From Octopus vulgaris (lineage: Eukaryota), in the NCBI GenBank assembly GCA_951406725.2, contig OX597830.1, forward strand, positions 17,360,001-17,424,000: a stretch of 64,000 bases of DNA, written 5' to 3'. Numbering within the stretch: position 1 is the stretch's first letter; each line of letters opens with the position of its first letter. Below the pieces are notes generated by a model. That model was not told the DNA's origin and did not search any database. It saw nothing but the letters and a program-made list of their open reading frames with translations. Position numbers and translations under genes: made by a program. Of the stretch, positions 42,982-57,340 are shown in pieces.

Positions 42982-43214
42982 CTTTACTCTTTTACTCTTT
43001 TACTTGTTTCAGTCGTTTGACTGCGGCCATGCTGGAGCACCGCCTTTTAGTCGAGCAAATCGACCCCAGGACTTATTCTTTGTAAGCCTAGAACTTATTC
43101 TATCGGCCTCTTTTGCCGAACCGCTACGTAACGGAGACGTAAACACACCAGCATCGGTTGTCAAGCGATGTTGGGGGGACAAACACAGACACACAAACAC
43201 ACACACACATATAT

Positions 43215-43254
<40 letters not shown>

Positions 43255-43276
43255 CTTTATTTATATATATATATAT

Positions 43277-43309
<33 letters not shown>

Positions 43310-43462
43310 ACGGGATTCTTTCAGTTTCCGTCCACCAAATCCACTCACAAGGCTTTGGTCGGCCCGAGGTAAAAGTAGAAGACACTTGCCCAAGGTGCCA
43401 CGCAGTGCGACTGAACCCGGAACCGTGTGGTTGGTAAGCAAGCTACTTACCACACAGCCACT
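42982..43462 (-). mobile_element. Family A SINE
   Basis: Reverse complement of 9833-10250 with an expanded internal (TA)n. Confidence 0.9.
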
Positions 43463-44204
43463 CTTAACCATTAAAAAAAAAAACTTTTACTTCTGTTTCC
43501 AGCTTTTCACCCTCACTGCTAGATGACAGAGTGGAGGTGCTGCATTGGCCGGGCCTGTGAAAGCGAAGAAGATTCCTCAGGTTATCGGTGCCCTGGCCTG
43601 TTACCCTCATCAGGTGCTGGTAGTTCTGAGGATGAAGTGGTTCCACTTGTCTTTGCTTTCGTTCCGGCTGTCATCCGAGCTGCGAACAGTGGCACTACGA
43701 AAACAGCAGCATGGCAGCCATAGCAGCAGCAATAACAGCGGTAGCTGTAGCAGAAGCAACAGCAGCAATAGTGGAGGCGCAATGGCCCAGTGGTTAGGGC
43801 AGCGAACTCGCGGTCGTAAGAACGCGGTTTCGATTCCCAGACCGGGCACTGGGAGTGTTTATTGAGCAAAGACACCGAAGCTCTACGATGCTTCGGCGGG
43901 GGGCGGGGGTTGGTGAACTCTGCTGTACTCTTTCACCACAACTTTCTCTCACTCTTTCTTCCTACTTCTGTCACAAAGCAGAGAAACCATGGTGTAACCC
44001 ACTATGGTGTGGTAAACTTTCAGATCCTAGTCTAGATTGCGAATCCTCTGTATCCCAGGATGGTTCAGCTCTCCACCCGTTAAATTTGCGTGTGTAATCT
44101 GGGAATGCATACAATGAGCTTCTCTGCCCTAGGTGTATGGAAAACACTCGGCGAGAAACGGAAGAAAATTTGAAGAAAGAAGGAAAAGACATTATAATAA
44201 TAAT

Positions 44205-44657
44205 ATAAGTATAAACGATGGGTTACAGCAAATATTCTGCTCAATACCACAGATTTGGTTGTCAGTTGCTTGACCTTAACCAGTTGAGCATGTCCCTTAG
44301 TGGCTGATGATATGTGTATCTCTGATCTCGAGTAGAAGTAGTGGGGGAGCATTATAGCCATGTGCTGAGAGGGATTCTTTGGGGTTTGAATAATTCACCT
44401 CTGGAAACATGGGTGTTTTGTTCAACATCCTTAAACAACCCTTATTCAGGGACCTTTTGAGCGGGATGAGTTACTCGACCAGAAGAAAATTCTAGCTGGG
44501 CCCCACCTGTAAGGTCACGCGCTGTTTATCTTGATATGCGATCGCCATGTCGCGCTCATATGGTTGTGATGCAGACGGGTAGTCATGATGGGTATACTGG
44601 GCTTCGTATATTTTACCCCAGTGTCACTTTGATGGCATGCACTGCTCTCTCACTCAA
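44205..44657 (-). mobile_element. (TAA)n-associated non-coding interspersed repeat (family E)
   Basis: Homologous segments at about 21040-21255 and 58326-58470; flanked by taa/att repeats. Confidence 0.7.
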
Positions 44658-45169
44658 TAATAATAATAATAATGATAATCCTTTCTACTATAGGCACAAG
44701 TCATGAAATTTGGGGGAGGGGACTAGTCGATTATATCGGCCCAGTGTTTCACTGGTACTTAATTTATCAACCCTGAAAGGATGAAAGGCAAAGTCGACCT
44801 TGGCAGAATTCGAACTCAAAACGTAGCGACGGACAAAATACCTCTAAGCATTTCACCCGGTGTGCTAACGGATCTGCCAGCTCGCCGCCTTTAGTGGCCC
44901 TATAATAAAGCCACAACAGCCGAGTTCTTATCCTCTCTAATTTAGTAATAGTGTTTTTATAATTTCGTCAGTTAATATTTTATTGATCTTATACGATAAT
45001 AGCGCATGGTTTGAATGGAATTTGTTATGTGTTTCTGGCAGGTCGATTCACTACATAGATACTATCTCCCTTTGATACTATCGTTTCGTCTTAGGCCAGC
45101 TCTAATCGAGCAGACCTATGATCATAGATGTTTCATTGTGACCATTTCATACCGATTTTAGGCATAGTA

Positions 45170-45394
45170 TTGGGTTGTCCAGAAAGTTCCTGCCGATTTT
45201 TAAAGGAAAGAAATAGATCAATAAATACTTGCCATTACATTTTTAATCAACCAGATATGAACCATTTTGTTGCCCAATGCGTCTCCGTCTTTCCTTTAAT
45301 TTGAAAATACGCTCTTCCAAGAATTGAGGTGCCTGGGAGGGTAAGTCGAAAGGTAAGCTACTATAAATCGGCACGAACTTTCCGGACAACCCAA
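45170..45394 (-). mobile_element. Mariner MITE, same family as 2163-2731
   Basis: Both TIRs and both TA TSDs present; 225 bp. Confidence 0.9.
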
Positions 45395-46192
45395 TATTTC
45401 TAGGAACACAATATCCAATATAGTCTTTTAAAAGATAGTAGAGTGTCAGTTGAGGGAAACTTAGTTGTTATTTTTAGCAAAACAAGCGACCACCTAGAAG
45501 CTTCTTTGTTGGTTTGGCGATGCTCATATTCTAAACGTTGGTTAAATGCTGACCCTGGTGTAGTTAAGTGTTGGGTATGAGGCAACGAACATTTACTGTT
45601 GTGAACTGCTAACTCATGAAATAGCAATCTGTATCATACTAAATACAGATACATCAAGGAAAGCCAGATCGAGTGCAGTGTTCGTCCAGAGATAATATCT
45701 TTCATGGACGTACTCTATTAAATAATACAAAGATATATCAGGAGCAGAAGAAGATTGTCAAGCAGCGGTGGTAAAAGTGCTAGATGTACATTTCTTCCTT
45801 CGTATGATCTCTCAGCAGCGTGTACCCACGAGCAGCGGCATGTTAAGAAAACATACCGTCGTCGCTACAATAGAAAAACAGTGATTGAGAAATTACTGAT
45901 GTTGCAATTAGCCGGCCAGCTGAGTAAAAAAATTCGTTATGCTTAACAGAAGAGAGTTTCATTTTTAAAAAAATAATAAGATATATATCATACTTAATGT
46001 AAATACAGCTCGGATGGCCAAGATGACTCTGGTCTTTGAAGTGTAAAATGTCGATAGTAAAGTGTTAACTGCCGACTGCGAATGATTAATCATTGGCTGT
46101 GAAGCGTTAGCCGTTGAGTGGTTGAGTGTTAACTCAACACGCAGCCCCGACACACGTACATACATACATACATACATACATACATACATACA

Positions 46193-46228
<36 letters not shown>

Positions 46229-46318
46229 TATGTATATAACACTCAACCACACACATACATATATATATGTACATATATATATATATACATATGTATATGT
46301 ACATATATATATATATGT

Positions 46319-46351
<33 letters not shown>

Positions 46352-46919
46352 CACACACACATACATACTGAGAATTAACTGTTGGCTGTGAAATGTTAAC
46401 GGTTGACTGTGAAGAGTTCGCTCCTTGATCGATATGATCAATAATGTGTGAAACTCTAATTTATGCCAAACGCAAACCGAAATTCAATCCAATTTGCCAG
46501 CCGCAGCAATGATATCTTATTGCACATATCTGATATGATGATATTGATGATAAACAAATACTAATATCCAAATCAATAGAAAAAATAAATCAGACACCGA
46601 AGCAAAGTGAAACATGCAGGGTGATGGTGGGGAGGTAGAGTCAGAGAGAGCTGGGAGGCAGAGGGATAGTGCGTCGCAGAAAGAGAGACTGAGAGATGGG
46701 AGAGAGGGAAAGAGAGAAATGGTGGGAGGGAGTGATTAGATATGCGTACACACATGCAGCTACACATACACATACACATACATATACATACAAACACACA
46801 TCATCCCACGCACAGATATTATAAATATCAAGAAATGCATATTTACATACACGCAAACATAAAAAATACATAAATTGATACCCAAATATGTGCATATATG
46901 TATTTATGAGAAACCATAC

Positions 46920-47005
<86 letters not shown>

Positions 47006-47166
47006 GTGTGTGTGTGTGTGTACGTATGTATATATGCGCTTGTGTGTCTTTGTATCTGTATGCGGGTAAAAAGCTTGAACTTCGACTAATTGGATAAACT
47101 CTACGATGTGTATTGAGTGCATTTTATCTCGTTTGTAAATTCAACTGTGTGTATGAATGTATGTAT

Positions 47167-47419
<253 letters not shown>

Positions 47420-47435
47420 TATATATATATATGTA

Positions 47436-47507
<72 letters not shown>

Positions 47508-47605
47508 TTAAAAACATAATAAATGCACAAACAAACGGGAAACAGACCATCAGTTACTGGCCAGAAGGGCAAACGCAATTTCGCGCCTTAAATATGTTGA
47601 TTATG

Positions 47606-47959
47606 TTGATTTCCTACTTAACGCGAAGGCTGTATTAGAATTACAGAATATTTACCTTGATTCACCTTGAGAGAATCTCTCATAAGAACTCTTGGGGCAT
47701 AAAAGCACTCGTCATTATATCATCGACAGACGAGAATCGAATGCCACGGTCACCGGGACTGCTAGATCCCGTGATTTCATCCTGCTGTGGGTTCTTCAGT
47801 GGCAGCTGTTCAGCAGCGACATAACAGTCGATTTTCGTCCGTCAACAATATGTGTTCGAGTGCTTTTATGCACCACGATTCGTTATGAGAGATTTTCTCA
47901 ATGTAAAGAATGCAGTATCCGGTGTTCTAACAGAACCTTCGCGTTAAGTTGGAGATCAA
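47606..47959. mobile_element. Fold-back (palindromic) MITE-like element
   Basis: Arms of about 135 bp: acttaacgcgaagg/ccttcgcgttaagt, gagaatctctcataa/ttatgagagattttc, gcataaaagcactcg/cgagtgcttttatgc. Confidence 0.8.
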
Positions 47960-48325
47960 GTTGGTAGTAGTACTGCTTCTGTCGCTATCAAATGTCACAC
48001 ATACAAACGCACACACGCTTATATGGATACAATCACGTACACCTCCCTCATACACATGTAATATAATATGATATATATAAGGTGGCGAGCTGGCAGAAAC
48101 GTTAGCACGCCGGGCGAAATGCTTAGCAGAATGTTGTTTGTCTTTATGTTCTGAGTTCAAATTCCTTCAAGGTCGACTTTGCCTTTCATCCTTTCGGGGT
48201 CGATAAATTAAGTACCAGTTGCGTACTAGAGTCGATCTAATCGATTGATCCTCCTCCCCCCAAATTTCGGGCCTTGTGCCTAGCGTAGAAAAGAATATTA
48301 TATATATACATACATGCATACATAC

Positions 48326-48420
<95 letters not shown>

Positions 48421-48421
<1 letters not shown>

Positions 48422-49192
48422 CGTCTTCTAAATGTTTCACGTTCTTGTCCCAGTTTGTGTATTTTTTAAACTTTTACATATATACATGGCGGCTACGTAC
48501 TTACCTTTTAACCCTATACGTAAGTATATTACTCTCTAACATTGGTACGACTCTACTACACTGTCTCTTTTTTCCCCCTCTCCTACATTTCTCTGCCTCT
48601 CAGACCTTACACCCCACTTGACCTGTCCCTTTCCCTCTCTGCTTCTCCTCCCTTGTTCCCCTTCTTTCTTTCTTCATCTGTCCCTTTCTCCTCTCTTTTT
48701 TGCTCACGTGACCAGCCAACTACTACTGCCTTTTCGCATCAAGTAGTCAATGTGGCAACACGTATTTGTTTGTGTCCGTTGCCTTCAGGCACTTTTTCCA
48801 CAGCCAGCCCTATACTTAACTCGTCCTGTCGAAAGACGCTTGTCCTGACGTCCTGGTTTTGTTATTACTGTTTTTACGTATTTTGTATTCTTATTCGTGC
48901 TATCTTTATTGTTTTTACGTATTTTTGAATTTTTTTCGAGTAACATCGTCCGTTTTCCGTCACTCTGTTGTATACTTTCGAGGCTTTCTTCCAAGGAATC
49001 TAATGCGATTGGCTTAGATTTCCCTTGGTGGCTGCCCAGATCGGAGCAATCTCAAGATTAATCAGCCGAAATTGCGAAGATGATCTGGTTCTTGACTGAT
49101 GACTGAGAGCTTCGAAAGTCCCGTCTGTGTTTTTTTTGTCGTCTTCTAAATGTTTCACGTTCTTGTCCCAGCTTGTGTATTTTTTTAACTTT

Positions 49193-49199
<7 letters not shown>
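48421..49199. mobile_element. (TA)n-embedded element with approximately 60-bp terminal direct repeats (Penelope-like partial tandem)
   Basis: tcgtcttctaaatgtttcacgttcttgtcccag...ttttacata at 48421 and 49139. Confidence 0.65.
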
Positions 49200-49247
<48 letters not shown>

Positions 49248-49427
49248 TGGCTGCCCCCTCGTTATCGAGTATGGCCATTGCACGAAGCTTAATCAATGTT
49301 GTTATCGTGCAATGCCTGTGCAAGAAGATTTTTTTTTAAAGTGAGGAAAGGCTGTGCACTGAGTCAATCCCACTCACTAAGCAACACATATATATATATA
49401 TATTTTAGTATCTGATATTCTGGTGAT

Positions 49428-49478
<51 letters not shown>

Positions 49479-50597
49479 CACCGACAGGATTCTACATAGT
49501 TTCCGTATACCAATGTCACTCACAGGGTATTAGTCGACTTGGATATTAGTCGAAGACACTGCCGCACAGAGGGACTGAACCCAAAACCACGTGGTTGAAA
49601 GTGCGGTTCATAACCACACAACCACGCCCGATTCTATAAAAGCCAACGCCTACATCGTTATATTAAATACTAATTTGACTCAGTTACTCATTACTGAAAG
49701 TTTCAGTGACGTACAACGCATTCATCTCCGCCATTACCGAATATTTAATGAAGTGAACGTCCACGAAACTTGAAATAATGCAGAGCTGAGTGAAACTGTT
49801 ATGAAATACACGTAACTCCAACCAAATGTGTTTAGTGTTACTTTCTTTCGTTTGTTCTCTCACTCGTTGTCTCATAAACATTTTTAGAAATATCCATTTG
49901 CTTCCTTTGTACGCGTTGACAGTTTTCTAAAGTTAAAAGAAAAAAAAAACCCCACAAACTTTTATTTCTTTTCGTTTCTATACTTTTCCTTTCGCATATG
50001 TTATTCCGATAATTAAAACACAAAATTAATGATACGCAAATTTTCTTTGTTTTTGATTGCTTTTCTTCATTATATTAAGTTTTTCGGCATGGTGAAAATA
50101 TTTAATTATAGTTACAATTATTTATTATATCATTATATTATTATTGTTATAATTTTTTCAATGCATATATAATATTTCTAAAATTCATTTTAATTCTGAC
50201 ATCATAATTCTCTTTCGTCTGTTAAATCTATACAAATATGTAAATCTCTTCGACATTTTCCTTTTTTATTAGCACCCCCTCCCAAAATGACGAGGTTCTA
50301 TGTCCCTTGCAGACCCTTAGAGACTACCGATATCGGTGCAATCGAAATTCCATTGGGGGTTGTAATTCACAGCAAGAATAATTCACAGAAAAATGTTTAG
50401 TACTGGATCTGTGAGAAGGTGAGATTATGGATTACGTGAGGAGGAGCCAGCTTGTTCAGAGAGCTGGCAGAACCTTTAGCATATCGGTCAAAATGCTTAA
50501 CGGCATTTCTACCGGCTCTTTACGTTCTGAGTTCGAATCCTGCAGACATCAGTTTTATCGTTCATCATTTTATTGTCGATAGAACAAAGCATCAGAA

Positions 50598-51105
50598 GGC
50601 GGCGAGCTGGCAGAATCGTTAGCACGCCAGGCGAAATGCTTAGTGGTATTTCTGAGTTCAAATTCCGCAGTTGTCGACTTTGCCTTTTATCCTTTCGGGG
50701 TCGATTAAATAAGTACCAGTTACGCACTGGTGTCGGTAAAATCGACTTAATCCGTTTGTCTGTCCTTGTTTGTCCTCTCTGTGTTTAGATCCTTGTGGTT
50801 AGTAAAGAAATAGAAATAGGTATTTCGTTTGCTGCTACGTTCTGAGTTCAAATTCCGCCGAGGTCGACCTTGCCTTTCATCCTTTCGGGGTCGATGAAAT
50901 AAGTACCAGTTACACACTGGGGTCGATATAATCGACTTAATCCGTTCGTCTGTCCTTGTTTGTCCCCTCTGTGTGTAGCCCCTTGTGGGCAGTAAAGAAA
51001 TAAGAATAAAGTACCAGTCAAGTGCTGGGGACGATGTAATCGGCTTGCCCACTTCCCTCAAGATTGCTGTCTTTCTGCAAAATTTAGAAAGAATTATTAT
51101 TATTA
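50598..51105 (+). mobile_element. Family B SINE multimer
   Basis: Head plus two bodies plus a terminal fragment. Confidence 0.85.
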
Positions 51106-52925
51106 TTAGTTTTGTCATATCTCCATCAAGGGATGATTCAATGTATCTCTTGAAATATATATTAATGTGTAAGGTCTTAAAGTGATGGGTAGATGATGCC
51201 AAGGCGTGGGTGTTTAAGTTACGGGTAGATGACATCAGGATGCAAGACGTTTAAATTCCTGGAAGATGGCATCTTGACGTGAAGTGCTTAATTTATGGGT
51301 TGAAGATGCTTTGCAATTAGCTATTGATGACATCAGGACTTGGGGTGTTTAAATTACGGGTAGATGACGTCTTGAGCAGGTGAGTTAGAGTAAAGTGTAG
51401 GATGCCATCCTTTTACATAGCGAGAGTATTTTAGTTGTAGACGAGGAAGAGTATGTGAGATACTTCTGGACAGTGAGATACATCGTAGCGGATAGGTGTT
51501 TGTAGTATAGGAACATACTAGTTGATATAGTCACGGGTGGAACGCTTGTGATCATAAGTATACTCGGCCGCTAAGCTGCAATGAAAATTACAGCAACACA
51601 GCGCAGACTGACAGGAAGTTAACGGCGGGGCGCTGTTGTTACTGATTTTGGTATTTATAATTCATATTGATAATATTCAATATTCATATTGACGTGAAGG
51701 CGTGTGGCTTAGTGGTTAGGGCATTCTGCTCACAATTGCAAGGTTGTGAGTTCGATTCCCAGCGACGCGTTGTGTCTTTGAGCAAGACATATTATTTCCA
51801 ATCCACTGAGCTGGCAAAAATGAGTTGGACCTGTAATTCAAAGGGCCGGCCTTGTCACATTCTGTGTCATGTTGAATCTCCCTGAGAACTACGTTAAGGG
51901 TACACGTGTCTGTGGAGTGCTCAGCACGTTAATTTCACGAGTAAACTGTTCCGTTGATCGTATCAACTGGAACCCTCGTCGTCGTAACCGACGGAGTCCT
52001 TGATTCATATTGTTGCTGCCAGAACCCTGAGCGGCATTTCGTCCGTCTTTATGTTCTGAGTTCAACTTTCACCGAGCTCGACTTTGGCTTTCATCCTTTT
52101 GGGGTTGATAATATAAGTACCAGTCGAGTACTGGGGTCGATGTAATCGACTAGCCTCTCCTTTCAAATCAAATTTCAGCCCCCTGGGCCTATAACAGAAA
52201 GGATTATGTATTCTCTATCAGGGCGGTGAGCTGGCAGAATCGTTAGCATGTCGGGCAAGTGCTTAGCGGCATTTTTGTCCTTTACGTTCTGAGTTCAAAT
52301 TTCGCCGGGGCCGACTTAGCTTTTCATTCTTTCAGGATCGATAAAATAAGTACCAGTTGAGTACTGGGGTCGATGTAATCAACTTATCCTCTTCTCCGAA
52401 ACTGCTGGCCTTGTGCTAAAATTCGAAATCAATATTAATGGTATTGGCAGAGATGTTATTCTTACAGCAATTGTATTATTGCTGCTGATGGCAGCGATGG
52501 TGTCGGCGATGGTGGTGGTGTTATTGATGGTACTGGATTATGTATGGTTGGTATTATTACCATTGATGGCAGTTTTGTCGCCAAAGGCGATGGTGTTGGT
52601 GTCGGAGTTGGTGGTGGTGTTCTGGGGATGATGTTTTTTTTGTGGGGGTGGTTGTGTCCATAGTTGCTAGATTATATCAGATTCTCTGCATTTTAAGTTT
52701 TATGGTTACCATAATCCAAAATATTCTATTCCTCTGACAACACACACACGCACGTACGCACGCACACACACACACACACACACGTGCGCACACACGAAAT
52801 AAAAACAAACAGTTATCAAAGCTTAATAGATGATATCAGTGTGATATTTGAGGCTGTATGGCATGAAAATTGTGGCCATTTTCTTTATAATTGTTATTCG
52901 TAATGTTATTTATTATTATCATTTA

Positions 52926-52984
52926 TGCTGCTGCTGCTGCTGCTGCTACTACTACTACTACTACCACCACCACCACCACCACCA

Positions 52985-53023
<39 letters not shown>

Positions 53024-53049
53024 TACTGCTGCTGCTGCTGCTGCTGCTG

Positions 53050-53090
<41 letters not shown>

Positions 53091-53097
53091 GCTGCTG

Positions 53098-53135
<38 letters not shown>

Positions 53136-53142
53136 GCTGCTG

Positions 53143-53210
<68 letters not shown>

Positions 53211-53215
53211 GCTAC
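52926..53215. repeat. Compound (TGC)/(TAC)/(CAC) tract
   Basis: Read directly. Confidence 0.95.
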
Positions 53216-53308
53216 TTGTGCTGCTAAGAATAATAACATTTCAAATTTTGGCACATTTCAGGAGAAATGAGGAGTCGATTGCATCAACCCCAGTTTTCAA
53301 CTAATAAC

Positions 53309-53376
<68 letters not shown>

Positions 53377-53843
53377 TAATTCTTTCTACTGAAGGCACAA
53401 GGCCTTGAAATTCTGGGGGAGGGGACTAGTCGATTACAACGAACCCCAGTATTTCACTGGTGCTTAATTTATCGACCCCGATAGGATGAAAGGCAAAGTC
53501 GACCTCGGCGGAATTTGAACTTAGAGCGTAACCGCAGACGAAATACGGCTACGCATTTCGCCCGGCGTGCTAACGTTTCTGCCAGCTCGCCGCCTTAACA
53601 ACAACAACAACAACAATACTTTCTACTGTAGGCACAAGGCCTGAAATTTCGGGTGAGAGGATAACCGATTACATCGATCTCAGTAGATAACTGGTATTTA
53701 TTCTATCGACCCCGAAAGGATGAAAAATCAAAGAATTTGAGGTCAGAACGTAAAGAACTGGATGAAATGTCACAAGGAATTTCCTGCAACAGTCTAACAA
53801 TTCCATCAGGAGGTGATACTGTAAAGTATATTCTGTGAAGTTA

Positions 53844-54193
53844 TCTCTCTATATATAAACGGCAAAATGTCTGTGTGTGTGTCCTTTATACAAATCCATA
53901 ATTTTTCAGTTAGAGGGCTCGCACTTTCTATGGTCGTTCAAAACCGTCCAAGGGTGGTTGCGCACATCTTTACATTTCCCCAGTTACCCTACAAAGCCAT
54001 TAAAAAATCAATAGAAGTTACTTTTCTGAGATTTCTCTATCCAAAACCCAATCAAAATGCCCGAAACTTGATATGCCAAGCTGCATGTGATTGGTCGGAG
54101 ATTTGGAGAGTACTCGCGTGTTTGTGCGCACGCATGCAGCCGTATATGCATGCGCTGGCACTATGACCCGGCAACGCCGGGTCATAGTGCTAG
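53844..54193 (+). mobile_element. Complete non-autonomous Helitron (350 bp)
   Basis: A|TC 5' end, CTAG|T 3' end, no TSD, perfect 15-bp GC-rich hairpin at 54158-54190. Confidence 0.9.
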
Positions 54194-54466
54194 TATATAT
54201 CTATATGATGGGCATTATGTAGATCATTTGCATGTTGGTGACGTAAAAAAATGGGGCCCGTTTAGCCTAATGGTAGAACGCTCAGCCATTATCTGAGTTG
54301 TACAGTTTCGACTCCCGTAGCTGCGTGCTGGCAACTTTTCTATTGGTGGTGCTGCAGCATTATCACATCCCTACAACTGAAACGCATTCTCTTTTATTCT
54401 CTTTTACTTGTTTCAGTCATTTGACGTGGCCTCTGTAATTATTGATTTTTTTTCTCCTCCGCGTAG

Positions 54467-54634
<168 letters not shown>

Positions 54635-54643
54635 ACACACACA

Positions 54644-54687
<44 letters not shown>

Positions 54688-54688
<1 letters not shown>

Positions 54689-55021
54689 TATAACTGCAGG
54701 CCCACCAAAGCCTTGTGGGTGAATTTCTTACACGGAAACTGAAAGAAGACTGTTGTATATATGTCTATATTTGTATGTGTGTGTGTGCGTATGTCTGTGA
54801 TGTACACCCACCATCGCTTGACAACCGATGTTTCTGTATTTACGGCCTCGTAACTTAGTCGTTTGGCAAAACACACCGATAGAATATGTACTAGGCTTAC
54901 AAACAATAAATCCTGGTATCGATTTCTTTGACTAAAGATGGTGCTCCAGCATGGCCGCAATCACTTGACCGAACAAGTAAGTCAATAAAAAACTATGCCA
55001 TTTTGATCCCGAACAACGTCG

Positions 55022-55063
<42 letters not shown>

Positions 55064-55400
55064 GGCGCGTGGCTTGTGGTTAGGGCATTCGGCTTACCAT
55101 GATCGTAAGGTTGTGAGTTCGAGTCCCACGCATGGCACCTTGGCAAGTGTCTTCTACTATAGCCTTGTGAGTGGATTTGGTAGACGGAAACGGAAAGAAG
55201 CCCGTCGTATATATGTATATGTATATGTATATATACGTGCGTCTGTGTTTGTGTGTCACGCTGATTATCCCCGAGAACTACGTTAAGGATACACGTGTCT
55301 GTGGAATGCTCAGCCATTTGCACGTTAATTTCACGAGCAAGCTGCTCCGTTGATCGTATCAGTTCTGGGACCCTAAAAGGCGTCGTCGTAACCGGCGGAG

Positions 55401-55479
<79 letters not shown>

Positions 55480-55826
55480 TATATAATATATTATAACTGC
55501 AGGCCCACCAAAGCCTTGTGGGTGGATTTCTTACACGGAAACTGAAAGAAGACTGTTGTATATATGTCTATATTTGTATGTGTGTGTGTGCGTATGCCTG
55601 TGATGTACACCCACCATCGCTTGACAATCGATGTTTCTGTATTTACGGCCTCGTAACTTGGTCGTTTGGCAAAACACACCGATAGAATATGTACTAGGCT
55701 TACAAACAATAAATCCTGGTATCGATTTCTTCGACTAAAGATGGTGCTCCAGCATGGCCGCAATCACATGACCGAACAAGTAAGTCAATAAAAAACCTAT
55801 GCCATTTTGATTCCGAACAACGTCGG

Positions 55827-55830
<4 letters not shown>
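54688..55830. repeat. Local duplication of an approximately 340-bp SINE-containing segment (offset about 803 bp)
   Basis: 54688-55025 closely matches 55491-55829, including non-SINE flank and shared private variants. Confidence 0.9.
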
Positions 55831-55885
<55 letters not shown>

Positions 55886-57285
55886 TAATTAAGGATTGAA
55901 CACGAAAAGTGGACAGTCAACATGCATGGCACCTTGGACAAGTGTCCTCTAAATATAGCCTTGGGCCGATCAAAGCCTTGTGAGTGGATTTGGTAGACGG
56001 AAATCGGAAAGAAGCCCGTCGTATATATGTATATGTATATATATGTGCGTCCGTGTTTGTGTGTCTGTGTTTGTCCCCCCAACATCGCTTAGCACCCGAT
56101 GCTGGTGTGTTTACATTCCCGTAAATTAGCGGTTCGGCAAAAGACCGATAGAATAAGTTCTAGGCTTACAAAGAATAAGTCCTGGGGTCGATTTGCTCGA
56201 CTAAAAGGTGGTGATCCAGCATGGCCACAGTCACATGACTGAAACAAGTAAAAGATATATACATATATATATATTAATATAAATCATATATAAATATAAG
56301 CATATATATGTACATACCTTATATATATATATATATTATGTGTGTGTGTGTGTGTGCTTGGCAACTGGTGCTGGTGTTTTTACGTCCCCATAACTTAGCG
56401 GTTTGGCAAAACATATAGATAGAATAAGTACCAGCCTGAGTTCAAATTTCACCGAGGTCGACTTTGCCTGGCATCCATTCGGGTTCGATAAAATAAGTAC
56501 CAATTGAACATTGTGGTCGATGTAATCGACTTAGACCCCTCACCCCCACCACGCTCGAAATTACTGGCCTTGTGCCAAAATTTGAAATCCTTATAACTTT
56601 TGTTGTTGTTACCATCAACGTGTGCAGCCATTTTTACTTCTGTTCGCTTTGTAGTCTTTGATTTCGTTTTTCCAAAGGATTTTTTTTCTACTAAAAAATA
56701 CTGACTCATATTTTAATGTTCGTTTATCTGCTTTCCAATGAGCTTTTATCTAATTAATTATTGCTACATTTTGAAAAAAAAAAAAATGGGATTCTATCGA
56801 AAATTTTATTTCCTTTTGCTTCGACTTGACATCGTTGGATGTCAACATCTTCATTTCCTGCATTAATATTTTTACATCCATTATAATATTAGTTTCATAA
56901 GCGTTGTATTAATATTTTTACATGCAAAACTCTTTTATAAGTAGTAATATTCCATTAAATTATTTTTTTTTACAAAATCCCCACCTTTATTCGGATTTTA
57001 TTTCAATATTTTGGATCCGTTTTTCTTGGTTTAACTTATTTCCGTAACAGTGTCAAGTTAATCGAATAACCCTTCAACAAAAAGAGAGAAAGTAAACTAT
57101 AAATTCTTTGAAAAAAAAAAAGAAAAATAACAGCAAAGCAAAAACCAAAACACAAACAAGTTTGCTTTGCAGCCAGATATACATTTTACAGACACAGAAG
57201 ACTTTATTTTCTTGAGGAAAAAATGTCATTGAGTGGATACGAGATCTCGCTTGGCGGCGGCAGCGGCATCATCATCATCATCATC

Positions 57286-57340
<55 letters not shown>

